Origin: Patescibacteria group bacterium
GTDB taxonomy: Bacteria; Patescibacteriota; Patescibacteriia; SBBC01; CAIJZX01
Direction: 5' to 3'
Assembly: GCA_038065275.1 (NCBI GenBank)
Contig: JBBTRH010000002.1
Coordinates: 34,756 to 98,755 of the forward strand
Length of the DNA stretch: 64,000 bases
Every line of letters begins with the position of its first letter. Position 1 is the first letter of the stretch. Positions 49,154 through 58,646 of the stretch are shown here, one piece after another. The translations under genes and the position numbers were made by a program. Under the pieces are notes generated by a model. The model worked only from the letters and a program-made list of their open reading frames with translations, was not told the DNA's origin and searched no databases.

Positions 49154-49354
49154 TTAGTAGCGGCGCGGGGCGTCGCCGAACGCTTTGCGTTGCGGCTTGT
49201 GCTCGCGGCAGTACACCGGACGCTGGGGGGTCCCGTCGGGATTCATGGCCGGTTGGAACGGGAGCTCGGTGATGGCCGTGCCGCAGGTGGCACAGGTCAA
49301 ATTCAGCGAGGTCACGTCGATCATCGGCCGGGGACCGCCTTGGTTGTAATCCAT
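49154..49354 (-). CDS. small zinc-ribbon protein (CxxC ... C-x3-H)
   Basis: 66 aa; LTCATCG ... YCREH resembles CxxC-x17-CxxC zinc-ribbon family. Confidence 0.4.
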   Translation of the reverse strand: MDYNQGGPRPMIDVTSLNLTCATCGTAITELPFQPAMNPDGTPQRPVYCREHKPQRKAFGDAPRRY

Positions 49355-49652
49355 GGTGGGCTTGTCGTGATTGTTAGTGAGCGTGGGTCGACTTCGAAAG
49401 CCCGTTCAGCGTCTGCGCCGGCGATGCCGGCGATCTGCGTGCGTAGCTTCTTTTCCCATCTTGGGCAAGGGTAGCAGAGGATGAGATATTTGTCAACCCC
49501 AATCCCCCCAGACTGCCGATACTAAATACAGCCTATGCTTTTTAGCAACGCTGATCCCGCATCACTCCCCTTCGACTCACTCCGTTCGCTCAGGGTCGGA
49601 TGCGGGATGGCCCTACAACGACTCAAATGAGTCAATATTGTAACCGTTTCTA

Positions 49653-49681
49653 TTGTTTTTACCTTAACAGTATTCTACAAT
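49653..49681 (+). promoter_or_regulatory. promoter TTGTTT-17-TACAAT abutting the dNK start codon (leaderless transcript likely)
   Basis: -10 ends 1 nt before first ATG; second in-frame ATG 6 nt downstream is the probable leaderless start. Confidence 0.5.
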
Positions 49682-50323
49682 ATGGTCATGTTCATCGGCG
49701 TTGTCGGGTGCATGGGGGTGGGGAAGTCGCGTTTAACGGAGGCGTTGGCCGGCCATTTGGGCTATCGGGCCTATTTTGAGCCGGTTAAGGAGAACCCCTA
49801 CCTCGACGACTTTTACGCCGATGCCAAACGCTGGTCATTCGAAATGCAGATCTACATGCTGACCAGCCGTTTCCGGCAACACCTCGAAGTCCAAGCACTG
49901 ACCACCAAAGACATCGGCGTGGTGCAAGACCAGATCATCTACGGCGACGTTTTATACGCCGAGCTGACCCACCAGTTCGGCTTCATGGACGATCGTGACT
50001 TCGCCAACTACAAAAACCATTTCGCCACGCTCCGACCCCTGCTCCAACTCCCCGATGTGATCATCAACCTCGAAACGTCAATCGACACCGTCTACGACCG
50101 GATTCATAACCGCGGCCGAGTGAGCGAGAAAAAAATCAGCCGCGAGTATCTGGCGGGGCTGACCAAGCTCTTCGCCGACTGGACCGCCTCGGTGGGAGAC
50201 AAAACCAAAGTCATCCACCTCGATTGGACGACCTTCCAGCCGGTCGAGCAGGTGGTGAAAGAGATTGAACAGCAGTTGGAAGTTCAGTTGCCGTTGCCGG
50301 TAGCGGTACCGGCGAACGCTTGA
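49682..50323 (+). CDS. deoxynucleoside kinase
   Basis: P-loop IGVVGCMGVGKSRLTEALA and dNK-family core (YFEPV, ...RGR...E). Confidence 0.75.
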   Translation: MVMFIGVVGCMGVGKSRLTEALAGHLGYRAYFEPVKENPYLDDFYADAKRWSFEMQIYMLTSRFRQHLEVQALTTKDIGVVQDQIIYGDVLYAELTHQFGFMDDRDFANYKNHFATLRPLLQLPDVIINLETSIDTVYDRIHNRGRVSEKKISREYLAGLTKLFADWTASVGDKTKVIHLDWTTFQPVEQVVKEIEQQLEVQLPLPVAVPANA

Positions 50324-50398
50324 CCCCCCTTCGTCCCCTCCTTATCTAAGGAGGGGTGCCGAGCGGATGAGCGAGGCGGGGTGGTCAGAGATACCGGG
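50324..50398. repeat. GC-rich palindromic repeat (CCCCTCCTTATCTAAGGAGGGG) between convergent genes
   Basis: 22-bp near-perfect palindrome; may act as bidirectional terminator hairpin. Confidence 0.4.
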
Positions 50399-51471
50399 TC
50401 AAGCCTTCGCCAGCTGTGCCTTCAGGTAATTTATAGTCGGAATGTCGGCTGGATTTACTTTCCGCGCCGCCGCCAAGTACCAACTGACGTATCCGCCGAA
50501 AGCCAGGAGGTCAACGGCTTTTTCCAGTGACGTTGTGCCGCGCGGTTTGTAGGTCGAAACTTTCGCCCCGAATTGTTTCAGAATTTTTGTTGTCAGTACG
50601 AATCGTTTTTGCGTTCGCACATTGTAGGTCGTGTCAAGAATCATCAAGGCGTGAATCTGCTTGGTGACCGCGCGATGGCGCAACCCTTCAAGCAAATGGT
50701 GGTTCAAGTCGGGCAAAAGTTTCCAATCGGCGTAGGTTTTAGCGTTTTCATGGAGCTGGTTGGCAAAGGTGTGGAGATTACCGCTGGTCCATTCGGCGCC
50801 GATCAGTAATGGGATGCTGTTCGGCCAGGAAGCGGCTAGCTGTTTGGCCGGATTATTTATTATCGGTTTCTTTGCGCCGTACTGTTTGGTTGCTTCCCAG
50901 GCGACGGTCGACAGGCGCTGAATATCCGCTTCGCTTATTTTCAATAACCCCAGCTTGCGCCAGCACGCCAGCATGGCCATCATCCCGTAGGCCACCCCGA
51001 GCCGGGGTTGGCCGGAGGGATTTTCAGTAGCCCGGTACAGGTACAATGGTAACCGCCGGCGTTTGGCCTGGGCGGCTAATCGGCCGCCGCTGGTGACTGC
51101 TACGATTTTTGCCTGGCGCCGCACCGCGGCCGGTAGCGTAGCCAGCGTTTCTTCCGTTGTTCCCGAGTAACTCGAACAAACGACCAATGTGCGGCGATCA
51201 ACCCAGGCTGGTAATCGGTAGTCGGCAACGATCGTGACCGGTAATTTAAGTTGGTCGGCTAAAGCGGCGCGGAGGATGTCCGCCCCGAGATGCGATCCGC
51301 CCATGCCGCAGACGGCGACGTTATCGATTCGACGATATGATTCGGGTATCTGCACCCGCCGCGCTTGGCGCCAGCCATCTCGGAGCTGATCGGCCAGCCG
51401 GTCGAGTGAAGCCCCGACCTGTCCGCGGTCGCGAGTGAGAATCGACGATTGATCGATAGTCCGCAACGTCA
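50399..51471 (-). CDS. bifunctional phosphoglucose/phosphomannose isomerase (SIS domain, archaeal-type)
   Basis: Probable start MTLRTID (ORF to 51667); VAVCGMGGSHLGADIL SIS motif. Confidence 0.6.
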
Positions 51472-52218
51472 TCGGGTTATGGCCTGGTTTTTGGCCTTCC
51501 GCGGCGGGTACTTCTTGTGCGGGTGCAGTTGGTGATGGTCGAGGCGAAGCCACACCAGCCACAAGCCAAGCGCGATAAGCGCGGGCGTGATGAACGTCAG
51601 CCAGCTGAAACCGGCGAAGGCCTGATCGCGCCACCAGCGAATCGGCAACTGCCAGGCGTCCGGCCACTGGGCCACCGCCGATCCGCGGTCAAGCAAGAAG
51701 CGGTATTGACCGCCGGCGCTACCGGCGTTATAAACGGCAAAGATGTAAGTCCCGGCGGTCGGCCAGACCGGTTGGGCTTCCAGGCGGACCGTATACAGCG
51801 TTTGGGTAAAGACGTCAAAGACGACCCGCGGCGCGGTCATCGGGTAGACCAAGGCGATAGTTTCGGGGGGTTGTTCGACGGGCAGGATCGGCCCGACAGT
51901 TGTGTCGTGCGGTCGGAAAAGAACGACTTGCGGCGCGAATTTGGCCGCGGCCGAGCGGGAAATGCTGATTTGGATCCGCACCCGGCGCGGTTGATCGACG
52001 GTCAGCCGATAGTAGACAGCATCGCCGGTGGCCCGGAGCGTGCGGTAGTCGGTAAACTGCCGGGCGTTGACATTGATCGTGACCGGCTGTTGCCAGGAAT
52101 CGCCGGTGCCGGCCGCAGTTGTCGGACGAGATCCGATCACCGTCAGGCCGACGATCGCGATGGCTAGGAGGATTCTCCCGATCAAGCGCAAGCGCATCAT
52201 GACCGTATTGTATACCAA
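51469..52218 (-). CDS. hypothetical secreted protein with C-terminal TM anchor
   Basis: TTG start; signal peptide; C-terminal hydrophobic helix then KKYPPRKAK. Confidence 0.35.
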   Translation of the reverse strand: MVYNTVMMRLRLIGRILLAIAIVGLTVIGSRPTTAAGTGDSWQQPVTINVNARQFTDYRTLRATGDAVYYRLTVDQPRRVRIQISISRSAAAKFAPQVVLFRPHDTTVGPILPVEQPPETIALVYPMTAPRVVFDVFTQTLYTVRLEAQPVWPTAGTYIFAVYNAGSAGGQYRFLLDRGSAVAQWPDAWQLPIRWWRDQAFAGFSWLTFITPALIALGLWLVWLRLDHHQLHPHKKYPPRKAKNQAITR

Positions 52219-52233
52219 CTGACCCCAGCCCGT

Positions 52234-52746
52234 CTACGTCGCGGTCGGGCGGGTCAGTAACCGCTGTTCTGCCTCGTTGAGCCCCGGCCCCAGCCACCGA
52301 CTTCCCTCGCACCGCCGGGTCAGGTACGTGCCGTCGCTTTGCCGGCGGAGGTAGAGGAGATAGGGCGGCTGGTCACTGGCGAAATGAAAATCGCTCGGCC
52401 GCATCATCGGGCCGGACCGGATGACCCGGTCGTCAAGCGCATGGATGGTCACTGTCGGCATCGAGATCGCGCCTTGGTACACCTCAATCGGATTGATGAT
52501 CACCTCCGCCCCGCCCGGCCCGCCGGGGATAACCATCGCCACCCGGCCGGAGAGAATAACATCCGCCTGATTGATCCGCTCGGCGACGGTAGTTGGGCAT
52601 GGTCGGACAGTATCGGTCGCCACTGGTTCAACTTGACCGCGCGGCCACCGCCCAGCCGCCACCCAGACCACAACCGCGCCGTAAAGAAGCAACGGCATGA
52701 CCCAACGGCGGTAGTATCGGCTATCAGCGGCCATATCGTTTGGCAA
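52234..52746 (-). CDS. hypothetical secreted protein
   Basis: 170 aa ORF with N-terminal hydrophobic segment; overlaps malQ end. Confidence 0.3.
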   Translation of the reverse strand: MPNDMAADSRYYRRWVMPLLLYGAVVVWVAAGRWPRGQVEPVATDTVRPCPTTVAERINQADVILSGRVAMVIPGGPGGAEVIINPIEVYQGAISMPTVTIHALDDRVIRSGPMMRPSDFHFASDQPPYLLYLRRQSDGTYLTRRCEGSRWLGPGLNEAEQRLLTRPTAT

Positions 52747-54220
52747 GTCTGGCCAGTCGATCAGCCGACCGAGCGGTCAGTTGCCGTTCACTAAGACGCC
52801 AGGACCAGTTGCCTCGCTGACGGCCGGGCCGGTTGAGGCGCGCGCTCGAGCCGAGCCGAAGAATGTCTTGAATGGGCATTACCACCAGCCGAGCGGAAGT
52901 TTTGGCGGCCGCCTCGAGGCATTGCCAAGCCACGTCCCGAATTGGCCCGAGGTATAACCGGAGGTTTCGCCGTTCGTACTTTTTGGCCTCCTCGCGCCAC
53001 CCGCCGACGGTGGTGTTGGTATCATGGTTGGCCGTGTAGTAGACGACGTCTTCGGTCACCGCCTGCGGATGGTGCGGATTGTCCGGCAAGCCGTTCCAGC
53101 CGAAGAGCATGACCCGAATGGTCGGCAGATGGAAAGCCCGCCGCAGGGCATCCGCCCCGGTTTCTTCCGACCCCAGGTCCTCGGCAATTAGGTTGAGTTG
53201 CGGACGGCGGCGCTTGACCGCCCGCAGTAACGCCTGGCCGGGACTTGGCACCCAGCGGCCCCGCCGAGCGGTGGCGGCGCGGGCCGGAATCTGCCAGGTA
53301 TGGACCAGGCCGCGGAAGTGATCGACCCGAATGACGTCGCAACGATCATCGAGCAGTCGGAAGCGTTCGACCCACCAGCGGAATCCGGTCCGGCGATGGG
53401 CGGGCCAATTGTAGAGCGGATTTCCCCAGCGCTGGCCGTGGCGGGCGAAAGAGTCGGGTGGCACCCCGGCCACTACCGACGGCTGACCATGGCGGTCGAG
53501 GCGGAACAGTTCCGGATGCGCCCAGACATCAACGCTATCGGCGCGAACAAAGAACGGCAGATCGCCGATGATGATAATCTGTCGCTGATGCACGTACCGC
53601 CGGAGCGCCTGCCATTGTTCCGCCCATAGCCACTGAGCGTAAGCATGGAAGTCAATCTGCCGGCGCAGGTGCCGGTCGAGGTACAGCCGGGCGGTACGCG
53701 GGTGGCGCCACTTCGACTCCCATGTCCACCACGACTGTTGGTCATGGCGGTCCTTCAAGGCTTGAAAAAGGGTAAAGTTCTCCAGCCATCGCCCCTGGGC
53801 TCGTCGGAAACGGGCGAATGCCGTTTGTTGCGCCAATGAACCGCGGCGGAGAAAAAAACGGTATGAGGCGCGGACCAGCGTCCACTTGGTCCGGAATACG
53901 CGCCGATATGAAACCGAGCGTTTGGCCATGTGCCGCTCCGGCCGCTGGACCGGCAATAACTTTTGGCGACGCAGTAGCTCCGGACTGATGAATAGCCAGT
54001 TTCCGGCCTCGCTGGACGGCGAGGCGTACGGCGAGCCGGTGCTATCGGGAATACCGAAGGGTAGAATCTGCCAGGCCCGTTGTCCCGCGCGGTGCAACCA
54101 ATCGACAAAATGATAGGCGGCCGGCCCGAGATCGCCGATGCCGTCGGGCCCGGGTAGAGCGGAAATCGGCAACAGCACGCCGCTCCGGCGTTGTAATCCT
54201 GGCCTCCGACGATTCGACAT
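52724..54220 (-). CDS. malQ: 4-alpha-glucanotransferase (amylomaltase, GH77)
   Basis: Start MSNRRRPG...; GVLLPISALPGPDGIGDLG N-terminal signature and GH77 catalytic blocks. Confidence 0.85.
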   Translation of the reverse strand: MSNRRRPGLQRRSGVLLPISALPGPDGIGDLGPAAYHFVDWLHRAGQRAWQILPFGIPDSTGSPYASPSSEAGNWLFISPELLRRQKLLPVQRPERHMAKRSVSYRRVFRTKWTLVRASYRFFLRRGSLAQQTAFARFRRAQGRWLENFTLFQALKDRHDQQSWWTWESKWRHPRTARLYLDRHLRRQIDFHAYAQWLWAEQWQALRRYVHQRQIIIIGDLPFFVRADSVDVWAHPELFRLDRHGQPSVVAGVPPDSFARHGQRWGNPLYNWPAHRRTGFRWWVERFRLLDDRCDVIRVDHFRGLVHTWQIPARAATARRGRWVPSPGQALLRAVKRRRPQLNLIAEDLGSEETGADALRRAFHLPTIRVMLFGWNGLPDNPHHPQAVTEDVVYYTANHDTNTTVGGWREEAKKYERRNLRLYLGPIRDVAWQCLEAAAKTSARLVVMPIQDILRLGSSARLNRPGRQRGNWSWRLSERQLTARSADRLARLAKRYGR

Positions 54221-54224
54221 GCGT

Positions 54225-55019
54225 TTAGAACTGCTTGACCGTCTCGACGTACAGGCAAAATGGACACTCTGGCGCCGGCGCCGGCAATGACCCGTCAAGA
54301 ATATCAATCGCTTTCAGCACGTCCGGTTTGACCCGGGCGGGGTTCGTGTGGAGCGTTTTGACGGTGATTTGCATCGGAAACCCTTCGTGTAACTTCTGCC
54401 CTTCGGACGGATAAAAATATATCAAATAGCCGATGCCGCTGGGCGGTTTACGGTTCTGCTCAAGCAGGAAAGCGTAGCTGTCCAGTTGGAATTGGTAGGC
54501 CGGAATCAGTTCCCGCGTGGTCGGGTCGGAGGAAGCGGTTTTATGGTCGACCGGGGTGTACCTCCCGTCACTCTGCACCACGCATTCATCAAGTTTCCCC
54601 AGATAGCCGTACTGATCATTGATGGCGGCGAAATATTTTTCTTGAAACGGCGACTCCAGCCGACCGTCAATCTGACCGGCCACCAACGGCGGCAGGTCGG
54701 GCGTGCCGCGATAGAGATCGAAGTAGCGCTTGATGACGCTGTCGAAACGATTGGCCAATCGCGAAACGATGCCTTCCGGCCGGTAGATTTTCCGATTGAT
54801 TTGCATCCAAAAACACCGCGGACAGCGCCGCGACGTTTCAATCGCTGTGGCTGAGAGCCAGCGCTTTTTTCCTGGTGCGGGTGGGATCGGCTGAGGAACG
54901 ATATGCTTCGTACCAGTACTGACTTTAGTCCGTCGCACGGACATTTTTTTTCCAACCTTGCCCCGCGTCGAAAACAAACTTCCCTGCTCACTGACTGACG
55001 ATCGTGATCGCGGTGTCAT
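54225..55019 (-). CDS. PD-(D/E)XK nuclease family protein (Cas4/RecB-like) with two Cys-x2-Cys pairs
   Basis: CPRCFW near N-terminus, CPFCLY at C-terminus, acidic/Lys motif (KLDE ... VDHK); no CRISPR array in window. Confidence 0.55.
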   Translation of the reverse strand: MTPRSRSSVSEQGSLFSTRGKVGKKMSVRRTKVSTGTKHIVPQPIPPAPGKKRWLSATAIETSRRCPRCFWMQINRKIYRPEGIVSRLANRFDSVIKRYFDLYRGTPDLPPLVAGQIDGRLESPFQEKYFAAINDQYGYLGKLDECVVQSDGRYTPVDHKTASSDPTTRELIPAYQFQLDSYAFLLEQNRKPPSGIGYLIYFYPSEGQKLHEGFPMQITVKTLHTNPARVKPDVLKAIDILDGSLPAPAPECPFCLYVETVKQF

Positions 55020-55078
55020 AGCGAGCAGTATACCACGAACGTCAGGACTCTAGGAAGCGCACCGCCGGCCCTTAGTTC

Positions 55079-55245
55079 AGTGCCGATTCCACCGGCAAGT
55101 CGTGATGACTATGGACAGGATTCGGTTCATCAAAGGTCGGTCGGTAGTATTGGAGGTCGACATTGTGCTGGCCGAGGATCTCCTTGATGCCGTCCCGCAG
55201 TTGGCGCAGTGCGGCGTGGCGGCATATGGCTGGCAGTATACCACG
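55079..55245 (-). pseudogene. C-terminal fragment (about 50 codons) paralogous to gene 56266-56571
   Basis: Translates to ...RHAALRQLRDGIKEILGQHNVDLQYYRPTFDEPNPVHSHHDLPVESALN* versus ...RHLRDGIHEILGQHNIDIQYYRPVFDEPNPLDHNHVHKS* of the intact gene; about 70% DNA identity. Confidence 0.5.
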
Positions 55246-55323
55246 TCACCGCCCTGATAAAAAATCCACCTTCGCTCCTCGACTTTGCTCGGGGTTTCGG
55301 TGGATGAGTTCACTGACGCCTGA

Positions 55324-56178
55324 TCAGCGGATTGAACCGGAGCTGGCCCGCCGGTACAGCACCAGGCCGTCGCGAATGACTTGGGCGTAGCGACGGAGTG
55401 CGCCGGATGTTTGGAGCCGTCGCCAATCGGCGTTGTTCGGCAGGTTGGCCAGTTCAATCAACAGCGACCGCGGCACCGGATTATACACCAGCCGGGTGCG
55501 GCCGCGGAGGCGGTCGCGGTACCGCCGCAGATCGTGCGGTTGACGGAGGATAAACAGGTGCCGTCCTAAGCCGGATCGGCCATTGGCGACCGTCGGTCCG
55601 TCTTCGTCAGCGCGGAGCAAACCGGCCTGACTGAAGGCGCTGACCATGCTCACCACTAGGAGCGTATCGTACGGACCGGCCGGATAGATGATCCGCGCCC
55701 CGGCCGGACAGCCGCGACCAAGGACGTGGTCGAAGTGCAGCGACAGATACAGCACCGTGGCCGTCGAGTCGCTGGCCAATACCTGTCGGGCCCGGGCGAA
55801 ACGTTGTTCGAGCCCGGCCCGGCCACCGCGAATCGACGGCTGTCCCCAGGTCATAAAGACGTCGGCTCCGCGGGCCGGAATCGTGTCGCGACCGAAGACG
55901 GCCAGCGGCGGCCATTCCGACGGAAGCCGGTGCTGCATGGTCGTCAGTCTAACGGTGGCACCGTCAGCCGTTAACAGCGGCCGCAGTTCGCTGGCCACGC
56001 CCCAGGTGAGTTGGGCTTCGGTGATGAGTTGCTGGCCGTACCGCCGTCGCGTTCCATGGTCGTCGTTGCCGTGCCCGGGATCGATGACGACCGTCAAGCC
56101 ATCAAGACTTCCGGCCTTAGCCGGAGCACAAATAGCCAGAAACAACGCCACAACGAACAACGTCCGCATGCTCATCAC
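55324..56178 (-). CDS. putative N-acetylmuramoyl-L-alanine amidase-like secreted protein
   Basis: Signal peptide; LTVVIDPGHGNDDHGTRR resembles amidase_3 N-terminal metal-binding block; weak. Confidence 0.45.
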   Translation of the reverse strand: MMSMRTLFVVALFLAICAPAKAGSLDGLTVVIDPGHGNDDHGTRRRYGQQLITEAQLTWGVASELRPLLTADGATVRLTTMQHRLPSEWPPLAVFGRDTIPARGADVFMTWGQPSIRGGRAGLEQRFARARQVLASDSTATVLYLSLHFDHVLGRGCPAGARIIYPAGPYDTLLVVSMVSAFSQAGLLRADEDGPTVANGRSGLGRHLFILRQPHDLRRYRDRLRGRTRLVYNPVPRSLLIELANLPNNADWRRLQTSGALRRYAQVIRDGLVLYRRASSGSIR

Positions 56179-56265
56179 CCCTTTTCAGGATGTTGGGAAA
56201 GAGCGTTACATCAGATACGCTGACACTACCAGAAGATCACTACGACTGCCAGTGGAGAGTTCGCT

Positions 56266-56571
56266 TCAGGATTTGTGGACGTGATTGTGGTCGAGCGGAT
56301 TCGGTTCGTCGAAGACCGGCCGGTAGTACTGGATGTCAATGTTGTGCTGACCGAGAATTTCATGGATGCCGTCGCGAAGATGTCGGGGTATGGTCGTGAT
56401 GTACCCGCGGATCATGGCGTCCTCGTCGACCTCCGATTTTCCTTGACGGTGCGCATGAAGTTCAGCGCACTCCCGAACATCAGGATCGAGGTACTTGCGA
56501 TAGGCCGGCGGAGTGTCGGCCAATAATTCCCGTAGCTTGTCTTCCACCTCAGACGCCCAGATGATATGCAT
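56266..56571 (-). CDS. hypothetical protein (101 aa) whose 3' half is duplicated at 55079-55245
   Basis: Intact ORF; His-rich C-terminus; paralogous fragment downstream of the amidase-like gene. Confidence 0.5.
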   Translation of the reverse strand: MHIIWASEVEDKLRELLADTPPAYRKYLDPDVRECAELHAHRQGKSEVDEDAMIRGYITTIPRHLRDGIHEILGQHNIDIQYYRPVFDEPNPLDHNHVHKS

Positions 56572-56573
56572 GG

Positions 56574-57236
56574 CTAGCTGGTTAGTTCAATGGTAACGGA
56601 TTGCACCGTATCACCTACCACAAGCGCTTGGACCACGTCCATGCCGGTCGTAACTTTTCCCATAATTTGATATCGTTGTTCAAGTCCGGCGACGGATTTC
56701 ATGATAAATATTTGTGAACCGGCAGAATTTGATGCGGCCGTTTTAGCCATCGCCACTACTCCCGGATCATAGGTGCCGGTCACGGTCTCGTCAGGAATGG
56801 TATATCCTGGCCCGCCGGTACCCCACAGGTTTTGGCTGACGGTCTCGTCTTTGGTCTGCGGATCGCCCATTTGTACCACCCAGGTTTCAATCCGATGCCA
56901 ACGGATACCGTTATAAAAACCCTGCTCCGCTAAGTAAACGAAATTGCTGACCGCCAGCGGCGCCTGCGAGGCATCAAGCGTAAAAACAATGGTGCCTTTA
57001 TTGGTCACCAGGCGGGCTTGCTTATTGAGTATGCGGTCGTCCGGCAGGCGGCCAGGGAAAGAATAGGTAGGCACGGCGGTGGAGGGTTTAGTTGATAAAT
57101 TAACGTTCGCGTTTTGGTTACTATTCGACGCCGTTGGTTTAAGCTTGAAACCGGTCAGGCCAAGAATAATGGCTGTCACCACGACTAAGACGGCGATACC
57201 ACCGATGACTGTCGGACTGTTGATGGGGTTGGCCAT
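56574..57236 (-). CDS. membrane-anchored peptidyl-prolyl cis-trans isomerase (cyclophilin type)
   Basis: N-terminal TM; cyclophilin blocks (FYNGIRWHRI, QMGDPQTKD, GTGGPGYTIPDE, AGSQIFIM). Confidence 0.8.
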   Translation of the reverse strand: MANPINSPTVIGGIAVLVVVTAIILGLTGFKLKPTASNSNQNANVNLSTKPSTAVPTYSFPGRLPDDRILNKQARLVTNKGTIVFTLDASQAPLAVSNFVYLAEQGFYNGIRWHRIETWVVQMGDPQTKDETVSQNLWGTGGPGYTIPDETVTGTYDPGVVAMAKTAASNSAGSQIFIMKSVAGLEQRYQIMGKVTTGMDVVQALVVGDTVQSVTIELTS

Positions 57237-57248
57237 CTGACTGAACGA

Positions 57249-57861
57249 TTAGTTAGTAGTGAATGACGATATTATCTCCGAGACTAATTCCTCCGCGACC
57301 GCGGGCGCAATCGCCAGGACGTAGTAGGTGAATGGCGTGACGGCGCCGTTTTGGATTTCATAGACGTGACGTTCCTGATTCCACCAGGTCGGAAGGGCGA
57401 CATCCGGTTTCGCCTCGGAAACAGGTACGATGTAGGTTTGGGCCGGTTCATTGTTGAAGGTGATCGTGCGGTCGACTTCGCCGCTCACCCGGTCGGGGCG
57501 ACGGAAGGCCGCGCCGGTGTAATACTGAACGAATATTTTCGATCTTGCCAGGGTTGAACCGTCACTTGAGTTAGCCGCGTCGTAGATATTAATCGCGGTC
57601 GGTCCGGCCAGGTATTCCACTCTCCATTTGGCGGGGATCTTCATGGTGAACTCAAAGGCCGGATCCCGTTCGGGTAAATCGACGGTCGAAAAAGTCGTCA
57701 TCGGCACCGTCGTGTTTGTATTTAAATTTGCCGCTGTGTTCGATGTTGTTGTGTTCGCGGGAACAGTCGGAGCGACTGTTTTTTTCGTCGGCCAGGCGAT
57801 CCAGATTATCAGACCAGCCATGACCACGCCAACTAAGATATATGGATACTTCTGCTTCATG
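57249..57861 (-). CDS. hypothetical membrane-anchored secreted protein
   Basis: Probable start MKQKYPYILVGVVMAGLIIW (the longer ORF to 58259 would overlap the divergent gene). Confidence 0.4.
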
Positions 57862-58023
57862 GGTAGAGTATAGCGAATATCGCCGGAAAAGAGAACGGCC
57901 CCGGCCATCGACTTGACATACTCTGGCAATAAGGAGAAGATGCGCCCGTCTGTTGCGTTGTCCTCGCTCCTTTCCCACCTTTCTGCTGTTAATAGCATCA
58001 TCTCTCGTACTACAGGAGGCACG

Positions 58024-58611
58024 ATGGATCTCCGTACCCTCAACGAACCGGAACGTTTCAGCGTCATCAACGGCATGGTCAACCGCCAGAAAGCCCTCTG
58101 GACCCTGTGCCTGATCTGTCTGATCCTGTTCCTCGGCCTGGGGCTGTGGAACTGGAACATCGAGCGGAGGGCCTCCCGGGACCGCTTGGCCGCTACCGCT
58201 GTCACCGCCAACCACCAGGCGTCCATCGTCGGTCTGCGCCTCGCGGTGCGGAACACCATCGACAGGACGGACCGTCAACAGCGGACTATCGATTCGCTGA
58301 ACACTGATCTCCGCACCGCGCGTTCCTTCGCCGCCGTACAGGTGCGGGCGATCCAAACGCTAGCCACGCGACTGGACCGGACCAATCGCGATCTTGATGA
58401 GGTCATTGCCTCCGACCAGGACAACGTCGAGTGGCTGAACGAGCAGGACCTGGAGCTGACCGTCTTTCGACCGTTGCCCGCTCAGTTCGATTCGCTTCGT
58501 CGGGCGACCGTCGTGGCCGACAGCACCCTGAACGCCCGGCAGAGAATCCTCGAGACGCGGCTGAAGGTTCTGCTCGAACCGAAGCACCGCCATCGCTGGT
58601 GGCTGTGGTAA
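58024..58611 (+). CDS. hypothetical membrane protein with coiled-coil region
   Basis: GGAGG 5 nt before ATG at 58024; TM helix then Arg/Leu-rich coiled coil. Confidence 0.45.
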   Translation: MDLRTLNEPERFSVINGMVNRQKALWTLCLICLILFLGLGLWNWNIERRASRDRLAATAVTANHQASIVGLRLAVRNTIDRTDRQQRTIDSLNTDLRTARSFAAVQVRAIQTLATRLDRTNRDLDEVIASDQDNVEWLNEQDLELTVFRPLPAQFDSLRRATVVADSTLNARQRILETRLKVLLEPKHRHRWWLW

Positions 58612-58646
58612 ACACCTCCACCGCTCATCCCAAGCGGTGGTTTTTT

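Noticed and set aside
57249-58259. 336-aa minus-strand ORF overlapping the plus-strand gene 58024-58611
   Set aside because: The N-terminal about 130 codons lack a start context and overlap a gene with a strong GGAGG RBS. The internal Met (MKQKYPYILV..., about 57861) gives a sensible signal-anchored protein, so the upstream extension is treated as non-coding.
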